A stretch of 61,835 nt of DNA, filler included, from Kipferlia bialata (lineage: Eukaryota), in assembly GCA_003568945.1 (NCBI GenBank). It is 2 parts of 2 records of this genome, joined end to end, with 100 filler letters (N's around TTAATTAATTAA, not from the genome) between each part and the next. Parts side by side here need not be neighbours in the genome. Positions count along the whole stretch, not along the records: positions 30,990 to 61,835 come from BDIP01000118.1; 1 more part is not named here. One strand, written 5' to 3'. The stretch's first letter is position 1, and every line of letters begins with the position of its first letter. The notes below the pieces were generated by a model that was not told the origin of the DNA, searched no databases, and was given only the letters and a program-made list of their open reading frames with translations. A program made the position numbers and the translations under genes. Positions 35,687 to 47,079 of the stretch are shown piece by piece.

Positions 35687-38657
35687 CTCTCTACTCTCTA
35701 TATGTATATATATACTCATACTATCTCCAGGATGAGTACAAGGTGTGTGTCCATATTCTCTCCATCTTTCTCTCTCTGTCAAGACTCCTTCATTCATACC
35801 CATTTTATCAATACTGTTCCCCGTAGATATATGTCTCTCTTTGCTCCCTCACTCTCTCCACCAGCCACTCTGCCTATGAACATACTAAAATACATAATCC
35901 TAGCGCGAGACCAGTTCTGTAGTGTCTCTCCCTCTCTCTCATACTCTCTCTTTCTCTTCCTATACAATTTGTGCACATAACCCCAGGGCCAGACCCGTCT
36001 TACAGTCTCTCTCTCTCTCTCTCTCTCTATCTTTCCCCCTCTCTTTCCATACAAGAATTCCAATGTATATGAATGCACATATATAACCCCAGGGTCAGAC
36101 CCATGCTGCAGTCCAGCTCCGGCTAGTGTTTGTGAGGAAGGTCTACATGGTGAGTCCAGAGTACCCCCCCCCCTCTCTCTCTCTCTCTTCCTATGAATAT
36201 TTGCATATGGATAGTGTATCTCTCTCTCTATAGGTCATGGCCATCTCCCACTATATATATCTCTCTCTCTATGAGTTAGTGTAATCGTATGTCACTCACT
36301 CACTTAAGGTCACAGTCTCTATGCTGGCCATCACGCTCTCTCCTTCTCTCTCTATTTGACTCTCTCTTTCTCTATGTATGAATACTAATGTCCCTTCTGA
36401 TACTAGGCCATGGCCTCCATGCTGGCCATCACTATCTCCTCTCTTCTCTCCCTCTCTCTCTATCTCTCTCCCCCTCCCCCATATATGGCCATCCCATCCC
36501 CTATCTCTCACTCTCTCTCGCTAAAATATGTAAGTTTAGATATATATATTGGTATACACATATTTCACTCTAGGTCATGGCCTCTATGTTAGCCATCACA
36601 GTGGCAGAGTGTGCACTAGTGAGAGTGCCAGGTATATATATATATAGTATATATATGTAAAAAGAAAGAGAGAGAGAGAGAGAGAAAGAGAGAGAGTTAC
36701 AGGGGCAGAGTGTGCACTGGTGAGAGTGCCAGGTATAGAGGGATAGATATATGTATATTGGTATATATACGGAGAGAAAGGGGGGGGTAAGAGCGAGAGA
36801 TCTATCTGCTGAAAATACCAGGCCTCTCCCCTACCTCTCTCTCTGTCTCTCACCCCAGTTGTGCTCTATGGGGTACTCAGAATGACTAGTCGTGTATATG
36901 AATGTATATATGTAACACCTGGGCCAGACCCATTCTGCCGTCTCTCTCCCTTCCTCTCTCTCCATCTATTCCTCTCTCTATCTCACCCCAGCTGTGCTCT
37001 ATGGAGTACTCAGACTGTTGAACGGTAGCTGGTTCGTTAGGGTAAGTGCATTTACGTTGTGTGCTACGTATATATGTATATATATGTATGTTTGTATATA
37101 TATATATATTTCACCTACAGGGTGCTACAGGGTAAGTGCATTTACCTGGTTTGCTACATGTTGTATCATTTCTGGATTTCATATTACTGGGTCGTATGGA
37201 CTAATTTTTGTCCATTCTCTCTCATGTATGATGTGCAGCTGGGGCCTAGGTGTCAGCCTCTTTGCATCCTTACACATATATAGATACACATGTGTTTATA
37301 TATACATATATATATCTGTGTGTGTATGTATACTATGTTCTTTCTTCCCACCCTAGATGTGCACCTGGTCCCTGGGTGTCAGCCCTCTTATCCTCCTTAG
37401 GGTACTGAGGTAAGCATATTAGACATGTGGGAAATAATATCATATATCGTACTATATTTATCAGCTGTCTTTCAGTATTCACTCTTATTTATTGTTGCAG
37501 ATACTGCTACAATACGATTTAGCGATACAATACCGTCTTATGCCAGGCACAAGAGACATTGCTACCCTGCCAACCTCTACCTGTTAGGGGCATTCACGGT
37601 ACTGGTAGGTATGGAAAGACTACTGACTATATGCCAGTGTTTACTGCAGTATAGAAACACACACATACATATTATGCACTGTATTTACCTTTCCTCAGGT
37701 GGCTCTGTTGCCCTAGCCACCGCCTTCACTCAATATTCTGAATGTACTAAATATTCACTATATACATCTATATTCACATACCTATATATAATTGTATTAC
37801 CTTACCCCAGGTGGCTCTGTAGCCCTTGCCACTGCCTTCACCCTCTATATATATTGTCTATACTATATCTATGCTATATTCATTCAGGATTACATATACA
37901 ATACTTGTTCTAGGCTTACCTCAGGTGGCTCTGTTGCCCTGGCCACTGCCTTCACTGACACCCTTGTGCTACTGGCGGCGGCATCAATAACCCTGGGTGA
38001 GTAAGGCTATATATACGTATAGATAGATATATATATGTATGATATGGTTATTAACACCCTGGTGCTACTGGCAGCGGCATCAATAACACTGGGTAACACT
38101 ATATATATATACATCATTAGATATTGTACTCTGTGTTTACTGACACCCTGGTGTTATTGGTAGCAGCATCAATTACACTTAGTGAGTAAGGATATATGTG
38201 CGTATATACACTTACATATAGTATTCTAGGTATCCTGACACCCTGACTATAACACCTGATATATAAATAATTATAACTATATATATAGTGTGTTCTGACC
38301 CCAGGTGTGTTCTCCGCTGTCACTCTGTATGCAATGACAGCCACCAAGGACTTCCGGTACGAAGTGTACTATATATATTACTATATACTATACATATTGA
38401 TATACTAGGGTAATAATGTGATTGTGTGTTTAACATTGTATGCAATGACAGCGGCCAAGGACTTCCACCACGGATTGTGTGTATATGCTGTGGAGATATA
38501 CGTATGCACGTTGCATAGTATTGTCCTAACCCCAGCTACCTCTACCCCACCATGGGAGGCATCCTGCTGGGCATGGCAGTGGCTGCATTCTGGAGTAGGT
38601 ATATATATATGTAATACTACTGATTATATATAATTGCATATGTATAAATATACACAC

Positions 38658-38695
<38 letters not shown>

Positions 38696-39546
38696 CATCC
38701 TGCTGGGCATGGCAGTGGCTGCATTCTGGTCAAGGTATGACATACATACAATAGTACGGATGCTACATATATTACATGTATCGCCTCCCTGCCAATACTG
38801 TCTTTGTCGCACACTGCTGTTATGCTAGTCGGAATTCATGTATGGATCTACTAAGCATTTATACTCCTTCCACTTCCGTCTTCTCTCTCTCTCCGGAACA
38901 ATTGCATGTATACACATTCTCCAACCACCAACAAGGTTCCTCCCCTTCCTTCAGTCTCTCTCTCATTTAACACTGTATTCATTCATATACACTGTATATA
39001 GAGAGATACATGTAATGATATATATATATTAGTTACATCTCTCCAAGCTCCAGGTTCCTTCCCCTCAATGAGACCCTCTACTGCCTGGCTGGTGCCATTG
39101 TGTTTGCCATGTACCTGATGATAGACACACAGATAGTGGCACAGAGACTGCCTGTAGATGAGGTATTGACTCATTTGTATATATACTCATAAATAGAATG
39201 TTATATGTGATATCGATATAGAGAGTATATTGTTCATAGTTTGATATACTGATGGCGGAAACACAGAGAGAGAGAGAACGGTAGGGAGAGACACAGCCAA
39301 ATGATGAGGTTCTCTTCTATTCTAACGTATCGGAATCAAGTAACTCTATCCCAATTATCATTCCGGTCTCTCTCTCTCTCTCTTCTCTCTCCCTCTACCC
39401 CCCAATTTCAGTGGGTACTTGGCGCCATCGAGGTGTACCTAGATATCGCGAACCTCTTCATATACATCCTGGGCCTCCTGTCCGATAGAGAGAACAAGAA
39501 GGACAAGAAGAGAGAGGAAGAGGAGGAGGAAGAGAGTGATGACTAA
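35453..39546 (+). CDS. Bax inhibitor-1/TMBIM (lifeguard/GAAP-like) membrane protein, about 12 short exons
   Basis: RLVFVRKVY, RHCYPANLYLLGAFT, VLLAAASITLGVFSAVTLYAMTATKDF, LYCLAGAIVFAMYLMIDTQ, DEWVLGAIEVYLDIANLFIYIL. Confidence 0.9.
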
Positions 39547-40099
39547 TAATACCTTCATCAACCCGACTAAATCATCTAGGCTTGATGGAATAGATTGAAT
39601 CGACTTCCATTCAATAGAACAAGAACACAAGGACAAGAAGAGAGAGGAGGAGGAGGAAGAGAGTGATGACTAAATCATCTGGGCAGATGGAATAGATGGA
39701 GTAGACTTCCAATTAATAGTAGAAGAGAGATGAGTCATCTCAGATGACGATTAGTAAGGAGAGTGACTAGAATGGAGTGGAGTATACTTCATGCTTCATG
39801 GTGAGTGCATGTGTATGTTGTGCATAATATCAACTGACAGAATCTAGGAGACTCTGGAATCTTCCTCTTCAGAAATATATATATATATGCTAACTTAGAG
39901 TCAAGATGGGTTTGTGGATATAGTTGGCGGCGAGATAGGACGAAGAGAGGTTAGTGGGAACATTTGTTGGCCTGAGATCTGTGTTTACAATCGTGTGAAG
40001 AAACGCCGAACCCTTTCTTGATTCTCTCAGAGGATGTCATTCAGCTACACTCCAGCTCTTATCCTAGTAACAATCCACCTCAGCTGACAGCAAGTTCCT

Positions 40100-42573
40100 T
40101 GAGTGCATGAGGAAGGGCTTGTCGGGGAGTCCCTCTGTGCATCTCAGTCCGGCGCTGACCTTGGTGGGTATGTCAATCCTCTCTCTCTCTCTCTCTCTCT
40201 CATATATAAATATGTACATGTATGGCTTGCCAATATCCACGTGATATATTCACGGGTTCGGCTCTGAGCCTGGTGGGTATGTCCTCTTTTGACCCCCTCA
40301 TCCCCCCCCCCGCCACTTTGGACTCTCTCTCTGTCTCCATAGGTTTGCTCTCTCTAAGAATAGATAAGAGTGTATATAGAGTTCTATATGTAGTCTGGCT
40401 TTCCGATTCTTTCAATCTGCATGACTTTTCTCTCTCTATCTCTCTCTCCTCCTCCCTTTCCTCTCTCTCAAGACACTCCAACGCTATTCTCAATTCTTGT
40501 AGAGCTCTTCTCTCTGTTACCTATTGTCTCTAATCTATGTATTCTATGAGTGAGGTTGATCTCTGATCCCTCCAGGAGATCAGTAATGGTATTCATACCA
40601 ACATACATGTTTACAATATGTGTGATAATGTACATAGTTGGTTATTCCTAACCAGGAGATGGCCTAGGCCATACATACAATGTCATATATATACATGTGT
40701 GTGTGTGTTTGTGTGTGTGTGTGTTTGTTCGTGTGTGGATGTATACCCCCCCCCCTCTAACCCCAGGAGATGACCTCACTTCATTTATGTATATACATAT
40801 ATATGTATGTATACAGTGTATACCATACACAGTGTGTATTACACACTCATAACCCCAGGAGATGACCTCAGTCAAGTGGTCAGGTACACATCAGTCTGCC
40901 CCCTCTCTGAAGGGGCGGTGTTTGCAGTGACAAGCACTTACACCGATACAGTGACAAGTGCATCTGGTATGGGTGTGATGTCTACTGGGTGTGTCATACT
41001 GACCCTGGTCGAGGCGGAGGTGGTGTGTGAGAGAGTGGAGTGTCCTATACCCGACTGGGACGGAGACACGTTTCAGAGTGAGCCATACACTGTGGTACGT
41101 AATACATACACACTTACAATTACACTTCACATGTACTGAGTGCTCATCAATGATGACTCATCATGAATATTGCATGGTTTTCTGGATTCTCTGGGAGAGA
41201 CACGTTTTCGAGTGAGCCATACACGGTGGTATATATTCATGTGTTCTATCTTTCCAGCGTTATATATACTCCATTTCCTTTTGGGAGAATGCTTGGCCTC
41301 GCAATTCTTACCTTATGGCTATGTTATCCCATACGTATATTTGTCTGTGTATATACGTAGCATACCTGTATGTCCATCTCACACCCTCACTCCCCAAGTG
41401 TGTCTACCTAGGAGGGGGTGTTGTGGGAGTGGTGCGCGGCAAGAGTGTGTACCTCCTCTCCCTAGACACGAGAGAGTGGCAGGTGCAGCAAGGGGTACTG
41501 TCACATGACGCACTCGGGTCAACCCAGCTTGCATGTGCACTTCAGGGCAAGGTAATAGGACAAATTGGTATTGATACTCGATAGTAATTGATATGGATAA
41601 TTGGTGTCATTGTCGCATATGTCTTTTCTTCTTTCCGTTCTGTACTTCTTCTGTGTTGCAAATAGGTGAAACTCAATCAGTCCCGCCATTTCCCTAATAG
41701 TTCCATGATAATAGTACCCTTACCACAAGATCATTATATTATTCAGTGATATTGTATATTGTTACTCTTACTATCAGATCATTATAGTGTCAGGTAGAGA
41801 CTACCACAACCCAACCGTGTGGGAGTATGACACTTTGTCCCAACTGCTCTGGAAACTCCCCCTTCCACCCAGCGGCAACAGCCTTAGAGTGCTGGAGTAT
41901 GGCACAGAGTATAGAGGGTCATTGCACTATATAAAGCGTCAGTCGCACCTTATATATACACCGGGACAATCACAGGTAGAGAGAGAGGGAGAGCCTGACA
42001 GAGAGAGAGACAGAGAGAGAGAGGGAGAGGGTGGGTGGGTCAGTATCCCAATGGGGTGCCACAACCATGGGGATGTGGCAGCACTGGGCAGGTTAGGGAA
42101 CCACGGCGTCCACACATAGCCATACAGATACTGATACTGAATCAGTATTACTGGTCATTCAGTGTACAGTTACTCATGCCAGGTACCTAGTCTATCCCCA
42201 TGAGGACACCCTTGTGGCATGGGACTCTGTCTCCGGGGTGTATCACAACATAGAGATGCCAGAGGTAGGGTTAATATTCAGTTCAGTTACTATATGGTCT
42301 ATATTGTCTAGTCTTTGTCTCTCTCTGACTCTAGGGTCCTGCCGGCATCTACCAGCTGTGTGAGCGGTTGGTCAAACTTAGTGACACAGAGGTATGATTG
42401 TGGGCCACAATTTGTGGCATACTATAGACCCTCAGTATTCAGACTAATTCCCACTATCCTAAGCGAATTTTCTACTACCTGTCACACTGATTAATTAGGC
42501 ACTGGCTTTTGGCTATCAGGACGGGAGGCAGTGTTTAAGACTGGTGACATTGGGGGTGCTGGAGGAATCATAG
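40100..42573 (+). CDS. Degenerate Kelch-like beta-propeller protein (multi-exon; start uncertain)
   Basis: CVILTL..CERVECPIP, VYLLSLDTREW, IVSGRD..TVWEYDTLSQ, LVAWDSVSG. Consensus splice sites; ends LVTLGVLEES*. Confidence 0.55.
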
Positions 42574-43345
42574 ACTATGATTCGTAATGATACCTTATAC
42601 CTTGCAGAAGCCCATTAGGTACTCAACACGCCAAATGCATGGATCAAAACATGCTGGAAGAGTCATATAATACAATTTGTTACCGAGACTCTCACGGTCT
42701 GCCACGAGTTCATTGACTGAGTCTATTGGGTAATGAGGGGATCAAAACAACTCTTCCTCAGAGGTAGAGAAGGCTGTTTCCACTATACCGTGATATTAAT
42801 ACCGAGAGGAAATACAGAGAGTAAATTGAACTATATGTGAGTCTACAAGAGATTTGGTTATGTACACTCCTATAAAATATTGTAACTCATTTGCTCATTA
42901 CAATAACCAGAGGAAGAAGACTGGAAAAGCGGTTTCTGGATTCAATACTTGTAGATCATTAATGGCCCTGAATTGGGGCTCCGATTTCCTCCCCTCAGTA
43001 GATAACGTCTACAAGAAATGAAGAAGAGTAGACGAAATTGGGAGAGAGACCAAAATTCGCACAACATGTGACCTCTAGATGAAGAGTCAACATGACTTGT
43101 AACTGCCTATCTTTTCACTCTCACTAGACTAGTCTGTCCATTATTTCCATTAACGACAGTGTCTGATTGAATCAATACGACCAAATGTGTTATCCGACTA
43201 GTTAATTTAACAGGTCCTCTCTAGACACAACCTCAGCTACACTCTACTAAGAACCCGTGATATTCACTCTCACTGGGTCACTGATACTATCGGTGACTGA
43301 TAGAGATTCACTCTAGTATAAGCCACACTTGGTTCTCAATCTGGA

Positions 43346-46174
43346 CTAGAACAGGTCCTCCTTAGACACCACCCCAGCGACACTCTGGACCAGGGCATGG
43401 TTGACGTGGAGGAGGCACCACTTGCTGAGGGTAAGTGTAGGCGTTTATACTAATGGTGTAACAGTTAAACAAAAAAAGAATTCATCTGACACAAAGTAAT
43501 TGTAATTGTGACACGAGAGAGACGACTTGCTTAGAGTGGTATTACCACTGGTAAGTCAAAAGATCTGCATAGAACGGTGCACAAGTGTACTTACCGTTGA
43601 CTATTCTGAGGTATCAGTTTAATACAAAATATCACTAATGTGGTAGACACATGCACTCACTCATTGACTTGTGTGAGGTATGTGGAGGGTGTCACGGGGC
43701 ACAGGTGCTCCACACGCTGTGTGTCGTGTATCTCCACGCCCCTATAGACATCGCCACTGACTATGTCCAGTACACAGTGTGCAATTTCAGTGCCAGTGTC
43801 GTACCACTTAGGAACAGTGTGTGATACTCTGATGTCGGCAGAGTACACAAGTAGTGCCTTTCCGCTCTGTATGTACCGGGGTGTGTCTAGCAGTGGCATC
43901 TGAGAGTGGCGTGGGCAAAGGGAATCCACCCAACCAGTGTCTGGGTGGTATGTAAAGTGCCTCTGAACCCTGTCTATCTTGGAACTGAAGGAAGACACCA
44001 CCACATGCAGACACGAGTCACTGTAGACAAACATGTCCCCGGCATCTAGTGTGTTAGAGTCGCACACATAAATGATGTGAAATCACACAGTTATTGATAA
44101 GTGATTCAATGACACCTTGTGTTTTCATCGGGTATACCTTACAAATAAATGTACTGTAAACATACAGTTTTACCTTCCTGTCCCAGGCATAGCACCCACT
44201 TCTGCTGGACGTGACTCTCCTCACTGTCATCGATGATGTCAATAGACACACCCCAGTGAGCCAGTTGTACCAGGTAGAGAGACTCCCTGTACACGTGCAT
44301 AACCTGATATGAGCGAAACGGCGTCCAAGCATTCTTAGGTAGCTGATCGACTGTATATCATATACACTCACACATGTATAGACTATTGATTCTTCAATGT
44401 CTCATGCATATAACTACAATAAGGAAAGCTTTCCAGTACTGTGTCGTTACGTCTATATGATTCAGGTAGTGCCACATGATGCGAATGTTTTGAATTGGTA
44501 TAATACACCATAATACATGGTTCCATGGTACACTGTGTTGACACTTTTAGCTGTATTTGTATCAGTAGTATTACACTGTACCGTCTTCTGAAACCCAGTC
44601 TTGGCCATGACAGCAGCAGGCACGTTTCTTTCCCTGATCTCCCAGCGGTCTATGGTGAGAGTGGGTGACAATAGTGATGAGAGTCGAATGGTAGTAGAGT
44701 CATATGGATCAGGTCAATGAATTGGAAAGGAGAATGTGTAATAGACCATTTCGTTGCCTACCTGTGTCAATGGTGTATATGACAAGAGAGGCCTCTGTGG
44801 AGTTTGGTTGTGCTTCATCCCCCTCCTCTCTTGTGCTACGGAATGAGCAGTACAGGTACATCTGGTGGTGGATAAACAACTGAAACAATACAAGTGACTC
44901 CTTAACGTATAATCCAACGATGCCAATGGCATCATACCATACATGTGACTACCTTACCGTTGTGGACTATTCCACAGTGCGTGGTGTTACTCCTCATCTC
45001 GTCGGGGATAGGACCATACTCACCAGTCTCTGTAGGTACCAGACACTGTACACCATCCTTCTCCCGTAGTGTCAAGAAGTACTCACATGCGTTGGTGGAG
45101 GTAACATAGGTGTTGAACACTAGGTTGTGGCCCAGACCTATTGGGTCAAAGCAAACACCCATGTCCCGCACACCAACCCTCTCTAAACGGAATAGTCCAC
45201 CTGTATCCTCTTGACTCCATCGGTGCCTGGTGTTAGGGAAGGTACATTGACGCCTGCTCTAAATACCCCATTAGTTAACACATATACTCATTGTCCCTAC
45301 CTCTCCAACCATAGTTCTTGCCTCTCCCTCACTCTATCCGGGTGCTGCTCCCTCACTCTCAGCTCTTCCTTTAACTTGGTCAGCTGGTCTGCAGACGTGG
45401 CGCCCACATACCACTGTGAGTACTCCTGTGGGAGCCTAGGATCCCCGCACCTGGTGTTATGTTAACTCGCGGAAAGAACTGACTGAATACATGTAAGGAA
45501 CTAAACATATAGATCACTGAAATCAGAGTTATGTGCAGCTATATGAACCTCAGCTGCTACTATCGGGGACATAACTCTGCACCTACCTGTCAACAGGTAT
45601 ATTATATATATATATATATAGTATATGCATACATATGTATATATATACATATATACCTGTCTGGATCCATGTTCGTCATGCTCTGACGAAGCATTCCACC
45701 ATACTCTGTGTCTTCAAGCCAGTAGACATCCTCGTTCCGGCAGTAGACCTGGAACTTAACCAAATATTTATCAATTGAAGTGGAAATGAATCATATTTCT
45801 TGGTGGATTTAGATCTCAAGATAGCCTCAATATGAGACCTCCCCACTCATACTATCAGTATACAGTGGTTCCCAAAAACAGAATACCTTCGCAACAGAGC
45901 CGTCCTCGAACTGAAGTGTCCACTCGAGTGGATACTCCTCGTCTGTGTCGTGAAATTGAGGGGGTCCGCCGAGGAGGGCTTGTATTAGGGTACGTGTAGG
46001 GGGTTTCAACTGGATTAGAGATACCCTGACAGGGTAACCCTGTTACTACTATATTCTATGCCAACCTGTCATGGTCTCGAGATCTAACTCTGGGCACACA
46101 ATACCAACAAAGTGTCTCGTTCCGTCAAACTCGTCAGTGGTGGGGAGATCACCATTCACTATAGTGAACTTCAT
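43346..46174 (-). CDS. Hypothetical protein with degenerate Kelch-like C-terminal region (multi-exon)
   Basis: MKFTIVNGD..; LVIYTIDT|DRWE; HFTYHPDTGWV; VLDIVSGDV..HLCPVTPSTYL; ends LHVNHALVQSVAGVVSKEDLF*. Confidence 0.55.
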
Positions 46175-47079
46175 GCTGAATAGAGACTAGGATTGAGTGA
46201 TGCATATTGGGGGATGAAGACATCTATAATATAGATAGTCCTTATTGACAGGCTGAAGATATCTATAGACCGAGTATTAGAATATCTTTGCTTGGGAAGT
46301 ATGAACTACTTGTTGTTCCTCCAAATGCCTTACACAGTGTGATTCACGCCGTGCGTTACACTCGATCTGCACTACTGGGACTCCCAGACGAAGAGGGGAC
46401 TATCATTTCCTATCCATTATTTGGTGTCACAACACCAAGTCTAAGCTGCTGATCTATTCTAACCAACTACGAAACGACTATTAGGTATACGAATCGTATA
46501 ATACGATGTACCCTCGAATCTCTCTGTCCATATACTCACAGTATGTGTGGGGATACACAATTGGTAGATTCATACTGAGTCTCTCTCTATTTATATCTCT
46601 CTCTCCCTCTTCCTAGAGCTCTCTCTCTCTAGACCTCTTCACTGTCTGACTTGATCTCCTCATGCTCAGTGAGCATTGCTCACCTTGCATCTTGGGGTTC
46701 CTCTAAATTGTGAGTAGTCAGACACATATGCATATATCCTATAGTACACATAATTTACGTTCATGGAAGTCCTGTGGGGTGGAAATATATCATACTACCA
46801 TATGCGAGTAGATTACTTCATATCACGGGGGTCCTCTGGGTGTGGGAAACGGTGGGTTTGTGCAGTATTTATGCCCTGGAATACAACTCAAATGAATGAA
46901 CGTTGCCCTACTGTCAATGATTGACCTAATCTACCACTGTATAACTCATTTACTCATCTTTGGCAAGAAGACTGGATTCCAGTCTGCCTACTTCCAACCA
47001 TCACACAGATTCACACACACACACCACCTCTCTCTCTCCTTGCAGCCCCTCGCTCTATCACGGTGATAGAATCTCACCT

